64,000 nucleotides of DNA from Kudoa neothunni (Eukaryota; Animalia; Cnidaria): assembly GCA_964304625.1 (NCBI GenBank), contig OZ199839.1, positions 6,352,690 through 6,416,689 on the forward strand. The letters run 5' to 3'. The notes under the pieces were generated by a model. That model did no database searches. It was not told where the DNA came from and worked only from the letters and a program-made list of their open reading frames with translations. The position numbers and the translations under genes are program-made. Below are positions 39,308 through 53,447 of this stretch, one piece after another. Each line of letters starts with the position of its first letter. The first letter of the stretch is position 1.

Positions 39308-41975
39308 TTATACACAATCTTCAAAATGTTTTTTATTTTTCAAGAGTTTGATTCGACATGAAAGTTTTTTCTTCGTTGGATTCAAACTTCGAATCATAAA
39401 CAAGTACGTGGCCACCTCAAACACAATCACGCTAAGGATAAGCGCAATAATGTTTGCATAGAATGGCACAGTTATGTCTTCAAAAACGAGAAGGGTGGGT
39501 AAGGAAACGCGATCTTCGCCGCGGATGCAATCATTGAAAGTATTATCATTATTGGAGGAACATCTTATAAAAACCATAAGTATAGAACTGTGATGGATCT
39601 ATCGATTATACGTGATTCCATTGTGATAGCTGAAGTGAAGACGAAACATCAGACAATAGCCATGATAGATGGGAGATAGGAATCGAGCCCATTTCATGAA
39701 CTTTGGAGCACTTCGTGAGAAAAATCCGCCGAAAGCAATAGCCAAAATAAGATAAATAAGAGTGAGTGAAATGGTTTCACGTTGACTCAATCCTATGCAT
39801 CCCAAACACACTGCCACAATCTATCATTGTATAAAAGATTAAATGACACGGACAATAATATCAATTAATAATTCTTACATAACTCACCAACGACACCAAA
39901 ACCAAAATAAGGTATGTGAATACATAAGCACGAAATCCTTGGAATCCAACTAGCCAATAGAATATAGTAAGCACAATCAATGGTCTGGATATTAGAATTG
40001 GTATTTCAGCGACCTGTTTAGTGATGAAGTAGGCTGCTAGACTGTAGTTGCTGGACATGGTTTCACGAATTATAACAAAAGCATCCTTGGGCACTAAATG
40101 AAATGAACAATCAAGATGACCAACGCCATGGCATACCCCCAAAAATAAATGAATACAACGGCTGAAGAACAACACTTGAACAAACAAAGAAAATCTAAAA
40201 AACATTTAGGTACAATATCGCACTTGAACAATAACCAATCCTGTTATAGACACAAAATGAAGTGTATCAAAGGGAGTAAACCACCACACTGCAGATATTA
40301 ATACTCCAAACAGTATATTCTATTTTTAATCATAGTTGTCTTTTAGTGAGTACATAAGAAATGCAATACCTCAGCAAAGTTTAGAATAGTCCAATATTCC
40401 GAAACTGAATTGAAGAATGATCTTCGAAGAAGTGTCGAAAACTGTGTTGAGAAGGAGGTCATGTATTTGCGTGATTTTCCCTTAGTTTTCTTCACCGATC
40501 TTGTCGAAGGTTTGACTCCGCCTGTGCTTCCTTCATCAGCCACTATGTCATTTGATTCGCTCTTAGGTTGATGAGTTTCAATATGATACAACTTTATTGG
40601 AATGAATGAATGAATGAATGAAGGATAACCTCTCATAAGATATCAATTACTGAACAGTCTTTAACATAAGGATCACAGTGAACTTTGTAGCATTCCAATA
40701 GCTCGTTGATTATCTGTTGGTCACTTTGGATAACATCGACTAAATTACATCTACTTTTCGACCAAATAATTCAAGCACCAGCATAATCAGACACATTCCA
40801 TCCTCGTGGACATGGTTGTCCAACCATGGTGAAATAATCAGACAGGCGATTCACATCTCCGAAATAGAAAGGCTATAATGACTAAAAAAGAAAAAACATA
40901 TTTTCTCGTCTACTTTACCACGGGCGAGAAGAAGGAGGTTATCGAAAAGCAAAAAAATTTGACTATTCGGTTGATGTATGGAGCAAACCACAGTGAGTTG
41001 ATGTTTGGTGGTGAGATTTCTTATGAGCTTGATCACCGAATAGGCAATACTTGAATCGAGTCCTGAGGTTGGTTCCTTCATAGATTTGATAAGTTAGTTA
41101 ATTTTAATAATGGAAGATTACATCAAGGAACAGAATGGATGGATTGTTGAGCAGTTCAATTGCTACGCTTACTCTTTTACGTTCCCCTATGTAAACTATA
41201 ACAACACATTTTTAAACAATTTAGTTAGTCACCTCCTGAAAGACCACGCACAATACCACCACCAATGACTACAAAAACTAAATTAACATAAGTAGATTTA
41301 AATGTGGACGTACCAGTATCCATATTTGGAGTTAAACCAACCAGTTCGATCACTTCATTGGCCTTTAATGTAAATTTCAATTTACACCAAATACTTCAGT
41401 ATCAATGTTTACTCTGTGTATCTTTGCTTTTTTATCCATGTGATCAGGAAGACGAATAAAAGCATAAAACTATATTTCCAGCCCCTTAATAAACGAGACT
41501 TTTGATGTAATAAAAGTACTCTAATAGTTTCACGTAAGGTCATCTTAGCGAATAGAATGTCATCTTGCATCACATAACCCATATCCAACAGATGAGAGGT
41601 GTCAGCGGTTTTGCCGTTCAACAGAAATCTTCCTTCCACATCGAATGAGCTGGTTAGACTACGTCTACTACTAAGTAGGTTTAGCAGAGTGGTTTTACCT
41701 GCACCTTAATTATATAAATTTAAAAATTACAATAACACTTTATTGCTATTATGCTCACCAACAGGTCCCATCAAAGCGAGAATCTCTCCAGGTGCTGCAT
41801 AACCACTCACGTTACTGAGAATCACTTGATCATCTTTTTTTACATTTACGTCAAAAAACTCAAGCAAATAGCTTTGTCTTGCATCTAACAATATATCCTT
41901 ATTATCTAATTAATAAGAGAGGTTGTGTAATTATATTATTGCTATCACGCTAAATAAGCTACCACTCTCAGCCAT
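39308..41975 (-). CDS. ABCG (white/ABCG2-like) half-transporter, multi-exon
   Basis: Walker A ALMGPV|GAGKTT, GYVMQDD, signature RGLSG|GERKRVSVA, Walker B LFLD|EPTSGLDS, CSIHQP, TSFSTQFSTLLRRSF, then TM segments with RE...YSLAAYF. Confidence 0.9.
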
Positions 41976-43294
41976 AGTTTGTTCTCTCAGCGGAGGGTAA
42001 CTCACACAGTCCACTAAGCTAATTATTTGTATTTAAATAGCTCGCGGTACGTCGTTACTCTTAAATTATTACATCTTGTCATAGAAAATTCTTTTGATGG
42101 ATTAAAATATTAGAACTCTATACGAATTTAATTATATTAATTGACAGAGCAAAGTTTGTTTGCATTTTCGATCGAAGGACTTGTTAACATATTTGAAACT
42201 TTTTAAACCCGCCGTTTTAATAACTTATTTTATTTTACTGAATATTATTACAAAGGAATGCTACCTCAAAAATTCCATAACGTAAAGTTTCACATCTTGT
42301 TAACACTGCCACATTCAAATATTAATTTAAGACCTTTATAGTGGAATGAAATTGGGGTTTTCATAATAAATTAAAGTTTCTTATCGTTTAATTTTTATAC
42401 TTAGTTTTGAATAAAAAAAATATTTATATTTAATTAATGGCCAGGTGATCAAATACTAACTATTAAATATACATCAAATATTTAATAATAATTGACATAA
42501 ATTCTTTACTAACTTGCAAAATCAATTTAATTTTTTTATATTTTTTAATATACTCATGTATAAATCACGACCAAATATTTCATGATAAAAATTCATAAAA
42601 AATTTAATTTCCGAAAGCTAATCCCATTTATCTTAATTGATGATTTAAGAATCATATTTGGATTTTGACTTTAAGGATTTATGATTATGTATTTACTCTC
42701 AAAAGACTACATTCAACAAACACAATCTCAAACGGGAATTGGATAGATTCACAAAGCAGATATCACATAAGAAGACGAGGTTTAGCTACAATAACACCGA
42801 CAAAATAAACACTAAATTGCATGAATGAAATTGTGAATGTTAATTTTATTATGACTTAAATTCCAATTTCATAATGTGGATATTGCATAGAGATAATGAA
42901 GATAATAATATTTTTATAATTAACACAGGTATCTCTTATTTCTGTTCATTTATTCTCTCCTACTATTATCCCTGGAATAGAAACTAGGGTTATAGATTCC
43001 CTATTTTAACTTATTTAATTGTTTATCAAATAAAGTTGCTATTGGCATCGTAAATAATATCCTGGTGTTATTAGTTTTAACTATATTTAGTTGTATTTGA
43101 AACCTACGACAAAAGCGTGTGTCAGAAATAATAATGTATAGCAAATCCTGAAAGATTAAACCTATATACAACTTGTGAGTAAGAATTGCTGTGATAATGA
43201 ATTTTCATTTCGCAATCGAACATCGAACATGCCATTTAGGATTAAAATTTACTATACCAAAAGACTCTGCCGAATTAAAATCCATAATTGTTTA

Positions 43295-44148
43295 CCTTTC
43301 CGGTACTCCAAATAAGATAATTTCTTCCTAATTCCTAACAGACGCAATTCATTCTATTTAAATTTCTTGAATACTTCCGTATTAATTCAGCACACTAGTA
43401 GGAAAAATTTTTTATTTATATTTAACTTTTAAAAAGAAATATGGATTCAAATTTTTAATTGGCCCGATGGTTTCGTTCATGATAAACATTTTTGCAAACT
43501 CAAAATATTCATTTATATTTTGTTGAATATTTGAATCAAATATATCTCAATAATTTTAATTTAAGCTAGATATTTTTAAATTTAAATTATGAGATAAGGA
43601 TTAATACATAACAATCATGGTCTGGTGAATGTTGTTTCGTTGAGAGTTTCAACGTAATTATGTTTAAACTTAATTTAATAATGTAATGGATTTTGAGGGA
43701 AGTTTAATGAATAACATGGAGTAGAGCTTGGTCTTGAGATTATGGCGTTTCCATAACCTGAGGATGATCTTGTGTGCCGTTATCACTCGAATATTTTGAT
43801 AATATGTTGATAGGTTTGCGTGTCGTGTACTCCTCTCCATAAATTTAGAAGTTTTATTAGAAATTTGACTTTTTTTCGCACGTGAAATTATATAATATCG
43901 ACAAAAATTCTTATACAAGATTTATTTTGGCGTAGGTTGATGTTTAAATTGTAGAATACCAATCGATTAATCAATTTTCATGGCCGATCATACACAATAA
44001 TATATGAAGTGTTAAAATATCTTATAAATATGTTTAAAGTAGCTTTGAGTTGTTTAAATAATAAAAAAATAATTTCTAAATTGATTTCTACTGGTGACTC
44101 CATTCCATAGACACACCCGGAATTTTTTAGAGTTCGGTACGGGAAAGG
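43295..44148 (-). mobile_element. Non-autonomous piggyBac-type element, family A copy 2 (inverted)
   Basis: TTTA|cctttccggtac ... ggtacgggaaagg|TTAA; its reverse complement aligns to 28727-29485. Confidence 0.85.
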
Positions 44149-46310
44149 TTAATCTCAACGGATTTTTGGGGATAGATTCAAATTATAATTTTTTGAATAA
44201 AATTAATTTGAATTATATAAACTTTACGTGGGAGGATAAATATTATGGCTCGAATATTTTAATGTAGATCACTCACTGTGGACGATATTCTATCATAAAA
44301 AAGTATAATTATACGTTAAAATAATTTAATGGATGGAAAAATTTAAACTTGCGAGAGATGGAAGAGTATGAGTCTAATTTTAAGAGGTGATTATGAATAA
44401 GGTAGAAAAAACAATTCCAACTCAAATAATTATTTAGGCGGCAAATTCAAGAGCTATCAATATCTTAACATATTTTTTTATTATAAATTAAAATTTTAAA
44501 ATCTTCGATAACAGCGGAAATAAATAATATCGATGAGTAAATGGGCATTCATCATTATTTAGTCTGCGAGAAAATATTCGAGTTGCATGTATACTTTGAA
44601 GTCGAACCGAGAACTATACATACATTAAAAACATGAAGAAAGGCGCGAAAAGCTTGTATGCAGTTCAAAACGATTCTTATTTAAATGTCGTACTCAATCC
44701 TAGTAACATGCGATGGACTCTATTAGTAGATGTAGCTTTCATGAGTGCAGAAATATTTCCCCATCACCTTATCTTACCTATAGATTATTAAAATAAATGA
44801 TATTTTAATAAAATATCCTTAAAATAGTAAATAAATTGTCACAATACATAATATTATATTAAATTTAAAAATATCTAATCCAGCAATTCTCAACTGTTTT
44901 TTAAATTTACCCCTTAACAAGGAAGTTAAGTTTATATCTACTATAAACTAAACTGTAAGGTTGTGTACTTATTCAAATATTAATAAGTCACATATCTAAA
45001 AGATAGACGATGCATAAAAAAGTGACTCCTACTAGCTTAATAAGTACTCGTTAAATACCTATTCCTAAAAACATTTCTTCGAATATCTTAATCGAGTATA
45101 ATAGCTGTGAATAATATTTCCACTAAAAATGCATAGGTACGTAACAAACTAGATTACTCCAAAATTGCACGTATCCAATTTTGAAGTCATTTGATTTATC
45201 CCTGCCGCCTAAACGTCTAAAATTGATTCCAGATTGAGAAACACTGTTCTAATTCATTCAGTATCCTAATGCGAATATAAAATTCTAATTTCCATGCGAA
45301 ACTTTGCTTTCCATCACACAACAGAGTTACATATGTCATTATTATTTTTTCTAAAAAATACTCCTATTCTAGCTGAACTGATTAATCATAGAAATGTACA
45401 GAATACAGAATTTGGGGCAGGTTACGGAACGATTTTACGCAACCATCTTTAGTTCGACGATATTTGTATTCTTGGGTAATCTATATTTCCAAATTCAAGG
45501 GAATTTTTGTTTGAGGCAAATTTCGTGGCATACTACTTACTAATCACCTGCAACGATGATTAATAACGACTTTAGTTTGACGATGAAAAATTTCTCTTCC
45601 CTCCTAAGCAATGCAACAAAATCTTATGATGAACATCAAGAGTAGGAGTAGATTGAGAGAACACTTTCAATTTAAGAACAAAAATTTGATAAGCATATCT
45701 TATTTGTAATCCTAAAATATATACGTATATATATATATATATATATGCTTAACTAATTATAAAATAATTTAAGTTATCTAATGTAGAAGCTTGTCATTAA
45801 AAAATATAATATTCTCGCACGCGCTATTATTATACTTTTAATTTCGTATTTTTAGTAAAATTCACTGACAATCGATACTATTTAGAATTTTTAAAATATT
45901 TCCGACATGATCAAGACTCCAGCAATTAAATCTTCTACTAAATGAATGATGAGAATACTGCTAGAGATGAATAAAAATGAAAACTTGTAGCGGAATTTTT
46001 ACGCTAAATAAAATCACGTGCTAATTTTAATGGGGAATTCGCGTGCAAAAGGATCAAATTTGTTACACCAATTAAATGAGTGGCATTTAAATGCAAGGGA
46101 ATGTATCCATATCACTTCTTTATTTCTTTATTTCTCTATTTCTCTATTTCCCTACTTCTCTACTTCTCTATTACCATATTGAATTTATCAATATAAAATA
46201 AACAAACATTTTGATCAATGCGCTGTCATCCTACGCATCTAACACTAAAACCCAATAAATCCTCGGATATATTGCGCTCTTTTTTTTGCGCAGAATCTTC
46301 CTTTACCACG

Positions 46311-49300
46311 ATGGACCATCTTAGATTTTGTCGTATTAGACAATGTGGTGTAGTAACCCCATTTGTAGATAGTGAAGGTCAGGAAAAGTATCAGTTTTCC
46401 AAATATTGTTTTCCCAGCATAATATAATATATAATATACACTATTGTTTATTTAAGAGTTATTTTATCGGATAATCGAGACGGAATCATAGAGATGTACT
46501 CAGTGGCACGAAATCAAGAGCTACATTTAACCGACTCATTTCAAATAGATCAAAAAGTATCTATTCTAAAGGCCAATGTATGTACAACACTTAATTCACA
46601 CCTTAGTTATTCTCTTTTTTTATTATATCTATTATAGGTGGACAGTCTTTTTGTAGTGTACGAGAATGATAACACAGTTAATGTTTATGATATTTCGGAG
46701 GTTTTGAAATATTCGCTTGGATAATTATAGGATTAAGTCTGATTCATGTTAGGTCAAGTTTATGTACACATTGACCAAATTTCAACAAGCTATAAGTTGT
46801 ATGGAATTTGATGATTCATGTAATGTGTTGGCAATCGGTTCCAGGTTATATTGACCACTACTTCTCGAGCAACATTACAATCACATCTAATTAATTAATT
46901 AATTTATTCGTGCAGGGATCGTAGAATTAAAATCTGTTATTTGAATAATGCCGAAGATAGCCAAGTTATTCTCAATGATAATTACCCAATTATCGCTATA
47001 GCTTGGAAAAATGGTTCCGACTCAGTGGTATTCAACTCTGACAATATACAATCACATTTCTCAATAATCTCTATAGGTGTTAAGTTTGAATTTGAATGGC
47101 ATATTGAATGTATGGAATTGTGTTGATGAACAAGTAGTTTTGTTGTATGATTTTCAAAATAAGTTTCATTTTAGAAAGTGACTCAAAGTTTCAGTTTCGA
47201 TTTTAACTATTCTGCCGATCTCACGTGATTTTACCAATTAATTAATGAATTAATGAATTAATCTTAATCCGGATTAGAAATAGCATCTGTAAGAGGAATT
47301 TAATTTCCATTGCATACAATTCCACTAGAAACGTTAATTGGGACGTTGTAGTTCAAAATTTTAGTGAGTTTAGGTGGTGTGCGCGCACGCAGGAAATCGG
47401 ATTTTATTATGCGATTTGAATTTGAACGAGGGAAAGACAACCGCCAATTATCAACACCCCAAGTTTAATGTATTATCTAATCGATATATTCTTCTTAATT
47501 AGATAATTAAATAAATAAAATTGAATCTAAGCATATAATTAATTGTTAACATTTTTTATTGTATAGAGTTTTATGAAAAGTTATTTTGACCGCGATGGAC
47601 AGTACCTGATAACCACCAATCCGAACGATCATTTTCTGCATTTTTTCGATGTGAAAGCCAACTTTAAATCTCTCTCCATACTGTAATCGACTAGATTAAT
47701 TATTAATATAGAAATATAGATGCGCGACCATTAATCAATTAGAAAATAATTAAATTTGTAATTAATAGAAATTCATTCCAATGCACTGTATTCGATAGTT
47801 GTTGTTTGAAATCAAATATTATATTTTCCAGCACAAATGTACATATCGTTATGGTTTACTTTTGTATCATCGATTTTAATTTAGAATTTATTGTGTGTGT
47901 TGGACATAACTGAACAGGTGAATACAATTGGTTGATTACTCTTTTTATGTTTTATAGTTGTTTTCCAAAGAAAGCTTAAGCCGACACAATAACGAAGACA
48001 TCTCGATAATTCCCTCGGATATCGCCACCGAATCCTCAATTAGCAAAAAAATCATTGAAACTCTAGCTGTTGATTTCACGGATGATGTTACAGAAGATCT
48101 CACTAATGATTTGACGAATGAGGTTGTTAATGTGACGCCGGAAGAAAATGACGAGCCTCTAATTGTCGTGAAAAGAAAATCACGCAAGCGCGCAATCTCA
48201 AACAACTCCTCACAAGAAGGCGCGCGTAATTTTGCGCAACTCGTTGTTATTCGACTAATCTAATTATTTAGATAATCTCATTGGAAATGGTGTTTGAGGA
48301 TATATTTAAATAGTCTAATTAGTTATTAAGACGATTTAATTGACGATGACTACATTTTCCAACAAGAACTCCCCCACAATGAGCTCACCAACAACCTCAT
48401 CCAATCGTCCAATCATATTAATAACAATCCAAATGATGAAATGTCAATCGGTGTCTACCACGACATGGATGAGGATGTAGATGCGCGCGCAGACACCAAC
48501 TGATTTATTAATTATATAAAATATCAACTAAAATGTAGGATGATGGTATGCCCATTATTTCACAAAATTTCGATGAAAGTGCTTTCGAAAAAACTCACAA
48601 CGAGCATCAACAACCCCCCATTCAACCCCCATTTGTACCATCATGTTTTCAACCGAACGCGCTTAAACCACACCACCAAATATTGTCCGATGATACTTAT
48701 TTGGTGAGTTGTGGCCATATATTTTTTAAATCTTAAATAGAATTAAATATTTACTTTCAATTGGTTAGTGTTGGAATAGAGTGGGCTATATCGCCTCAAT
48801 AGTCGGCGAAAACAACACCAAATTCATTAAAATCGAATTTCATGACATCAACCAACATGAAACCATCATGCTCTCCAATGATGATCACTGCTATGATATT
48901 GGATACTTGTCACATGACATGGCTGTGGTGGCATTTTCCGGGCGTGTGTACAGTGAAATCAATCCCAAGTGAATTCGAGTGTGATTATCATTCACATTTA
49001 AACTCTATAGAATTCATTGTACCTGTTTCAATGGGAATAACGAGATAGGTGATAAACGTAATTGGACGGTTGAGTTCGATCCAACAATTCAAATTACTGT
49101 AATTGCGCGTAATAACATATTCAAATTTAATAATTGGAAAAAATAGGCTGTGTGTTGCAGCGATAATCCACCTAATAGTGAATACCCATGGGGAATAGTT
49201 GTGTTCACAACTAGTCTACATCAACTTAAAATCTACTCCAAAACTGGACTGTTTCTAAGCCAAATGCAATTGTCCTCACAAATGATCTGCCTCTCGTGTA

Positions 49301-50754
49301 GTTGGGAATCGATTTTGTTGGTAATGTATCGATCCGCCCAGATCAATCCCTTAAACTCATCTTCAAAACTACTCTGTGTATCCACAAGGCTTGTAAATGT
49401 GACAGATGTGCTTCAACCTTTTTTTGTCGACAGTGACTTACTCCTGTCACCTAACTCCACACCCAACGATGATTCCTCCCTCAATAATAACACTAAAATC
49501 ATGTGGTGTGGGTGTGTGCTTTTGTTTCTAAACATTAAAAAAGTTGGCGTGTGTTTAGATTTAGTGACAATAATGTGCCGTATTTGGTTGATTCCAATTA
49601 TTACGTTTACAAAGGGTGTGTCTCTTGCGCATCGTTTGACACCATTGTTTGGATTCCTTTTCGTATCGATTTCGGTGCTCACGATGTATTCATATTTAAT
49701 TGGCTATTTTTATTAGCTATCGTTTTCTTTATTTATGTAATTACTTAGTTTTCTATAACCAACAACATTGCTATTGTTTCCTTACACGATTCGACGGATT
49801 ATTCAATTAGGTTCAATTTTGTTCATTTTAAAAAGACGAATTATCTAATTTCAATAGGTGTATTGTTACAAATAAGAATGCGGATTATTTTCGACCATCC
49901 AACGAAATCGAACCCACACCTAAAAAATACCAACTACTCCATTCTAATCACTGTGGGGAGCTATGTGTCGACCAAGAACCTAACTCTGCCGCACAATTCC
50001 AATCTCTTCAAGTTTTTTGAGGAGGATTAATTGATGTGATGACATTTTGAAATTTAATAGGAACAATACATTGAATCACTAATCAACAATACACAATGTA
50101 ACTGGAAACGACGCGCTAACAAAGAGTTTAGTTCTTTCCAGCTTAAAAGCTATTTTAAATTGTTCGCTGTACTACTTATTTTTCGATGGGTTTTTTCAAT
50201 CGGCTGTCGACTTAGTTTTGTTGTATAAATCAAAAGTTGGACCAAGCCATGGAAATTTGTCATATTGTTCAACTGAAAAAATTCGTAATTATCACGATGT
50301 CACCACTGTGTTATGAGTAAAATTGATATACGCGTGCGCGCTTTTTTTAGATTAATGATGCCGTTGACTACTGTAATCACAAAGATTTAAAGTCTTTTGC
50401 AGATCGACTCAAGTCTCTATGTCAACCTCAACAAGAAAATATCACGCCCACACGACCATCAATAATGGATGATGGAGCAACGATAAATGGTGTGTTTTTG
50501 AATGACTTGGAACATTTGTGATTTTGGTGGTAGTCGACAAAAATATCAAGTCCACTTTGACCAATATAAAAGGCGGTGGTGGATTTGGCTCTTGGTATAA
50601 TAGCGTGAAGTTGCAAATCGGTTGTGAACTTCAAAGTGACACTTTCCAACCACAAGAACGCGATATAATGAAAACTGCTATGCAACGTTGGAAAAGTTTA
50701 GATCCAAATGAAAAATCTAAATGGACTAATGATAGTTCTACTATTAATTTTTGA
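46311..50754 (+). CDS. WDHD1: WD repeat and HMG-box DNA-binding protein 1 (AND-1/Ctf4), many short exons; start codon inferred
   Basis: N-terminal WD-like exons and an acidic linker; SepB motifs IQPPFVPS...YL|CWNRVGYI...IKIEFHDINQH and NWTVEFDPTIQIT|AVCC; C-terminal HMG box GFGSWY...DIMKTAMQRWKSLDPNEKSKW. Confidence 0.85.
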
Positions 50755-51230
50755 TTTTTTCCGTTTGTATTTTCTCTGTCAGCGCATTAAAATATGCTTA
50801 ATTCTATTATTAATTCTAAAAATTAAGTTTAATGTATGATAAGGATCATTTTTAACAAAAATTATTTATGTTCACGCCATTTTCTCAATTTTTCGTATTG
50901 AGCGTAAGATTTCTTTCTTTTCGAGAAATTTCCAATTTGACACTATTTCTCACAAATTCTATTAAAAATATCTTAATTTTTTGTTGTGCGTGTAGTATTG
51001 GAGAATTCTAATTATTTAAGAGTTTATGTGTTAATTATTTTTAGAAATTCTTTCCAATATCGGTTCTTTTACATGCTTAAAATACGGGGCTCCCAGAACA
51101 GAATAAATAAGCATTAAATGGGAATACATCAATGTGATTACAAATAAAAGCTATTAGAAATGTTGCTTTTCTTCAAAAGGTCGAATGAGTTACACCTTGG
51201 CCAAAGATGCCATCGTTGACCTTTGTTTAA

Positions 51231-52527
51231 CCTTCCAGGGGCCTGAAAACCGACTTTACGCATTACTTCTTTTGGGGTCCAATGGACCTCATATTTTTTA
51301 ACTTGAATTATGGAGAAAAACTTGATAAGCAATTTACTAAGGTATGAGAGAAAATTATTCATAAAATATTGAAATATGTCATAATTATAATATCACCGGT
51401 TGTTAACAATCATTGCCGAGTCATTTAAAAGGTTAAATTAGACATCTAATTTAACAAGTTTAACGTTGTTTTTTAATTTAATGGGGTTTAATAAAAGTAT
51501 ATATCATTCCACATTAACAAGGTCTTAAAAAGTGTTTCCTTTATGATTCATTTCTTAATAATCACGTCAAATAAAACCCGCAATACGTATTTACTATTTA
51601 CATATTAGCTCGAAATAGATAAAATGTGAGATATTTTTATTATTTTAGTTTTTTATGTTACAATATACCACAAAAAAACTTTTAAATCGCTTTATTACAA
51701 CTGATTCTATAAACACAAAAAAAGTCCTTGCTTTTCGGTTTCGAGGTCTTGAACAATAACAGCATCACTCAAGGCAAAAAAATTTGAGTGATTGTAATTT
51801 AGATCTGGCTATTAACATATAGACGACAAGGATTCCAACATAAGCCAGTGACTATTGGTTTGCCAAGTCTTCAAATAATGCTGATAATTATAATTGTCTA
51901 ACTTGTCATAAAATATGAGGAATGTATCAGTTAAGGAGTTGATTCCATTTGAAGCGTAGGAACGCGAACCTTGAGGTTTTGAAAAATATTTTGTTTAGAA
52001 CATTTAGTTATTTGAAATTCCTCAGAAAATAAATTAACACCATCCTTATCTTTGTATATATTTCGATAGCATTTATCATCCTCAGAAACATTGGAATCAT
52101 GTAAATGACCATATTATTAATAGTTATCATAAAATTCATTCAAAATATTACACTAAGAACTATTTATGGCAGGGTTTTGCTCATCGGTAATGATCGGCAT
52201 TTATCGTATGTATGGTTTTTTCAAATTATCTCTGCTTCCTCTTGATAGAATTTTATCTAATTCTATAAATTGTTTTAAATTATTTTTCTTTCTTTTTTGG
52301 TAGAAATAAAACATGAGGTCCATTGGATCCCAAAAGAAGGAATTTGTATGTATTTTGATTATTTCGCGACATGAATGTAAAAATTTAAATTTTCTTTAAT
52401 ATTATAATAGAACTCGTATTTGTAGGAGAATAGATATGATATTTAGTTCACCGTTGTAAAATCAGGTTCTCTAAAATTGATTCAAACATCCGTTGGGGTC
52501 CAATGGACCCCAAAAACGCTCGGAAGG
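51231..52527. mobile_element. piggyBac-derived non-autonomous element, family B
   Basis: TTAA|ccttcc ... ctcggaagg|TCAA; three copies of the ggggtccaatggacc(cc) palindrome; ends related to 58624-59659 in the opposite orientation. Confidence 0.75.
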
Positions 52528-53016
52528 TCAATTTAAGATTGTGTTAGACACGCCGAATTCTTATCTTCAATATTCTAATCTCAATGATAAGTCAATAAGA
52601 AAACAAGATGTTTTTCGCTTTTTGCATTATGTTTGATGATAATGGTATGATGTTGAAATAAAAATTTAAATTTCCTTATTGTTCGTTATTTATTTGAATT
52701 TAGATGATTAGATGCCGAAATAGTTTTTTATTTACTCCTCAAGCTCGATTATTTTAAAATTTGACTCAATTGAGGATGCTGTAAGTTATTATCATTGGAA
52801 CTTTTGTATCATTTTAATCGTGGCTCACACGGGTTTCTCCAAAAATTGTACTTTTTGAAACTAAATTAAAAATTTAATTAGTTGTATTTAGTATAAGGTT
52901 TAATGCGAAATAGTTATTAATTTTGAAGTCACAGAATGCCTATATTTGATTCCTTATTTTCATGTTCGTGTTCATGTTCATGTTCATATAAAATATGCAT
53001 TTCTTCATTGCACCTA

Positions 53017-53447
53017 TAGTGCCACCTCGGAGTTCGACCAAAAATTTTGAGTCAAAAACACTTTGAGCTCGAACAAATATAGAAAGGGTATTCAAAACAA
53101 ATACATTTGAAGCAAAAAACAGCGAAGAAGAGAAATTCTAGAAGAAGATTCGCTCGATCAAATTATGTGAACGTCATCGAAAGAGAACCCCTTTAAAATC
53201 TATCGTATGATAACAACAAAAATATTTATCCTATATTTTATTTTATTATTGTTATTATATTTGATATTTATTTGTTAATTTTTACAAATACAAGGCACGC
53301 GTTTTTAATAAATATGTATAAAAATAATCATTTGTTTGAGCGCAGTAAAGGATTAAACTAATTTTCATTACATTGCACGAGAGAACATTATTCGGAATTC
53401 GAACACACTTCTAGGACGGATTATGGTCGAAGCTCGAGGTTTCACTG
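53017..53447. mobile_element. pogo/Tigger-like MITE
   Basis: Degenerate TIRs TA|tagtgccacctcggagttcgacca ... tggtcgaagctcgaggtttcactg|TA with TA flanks. Confidence 0.65.
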
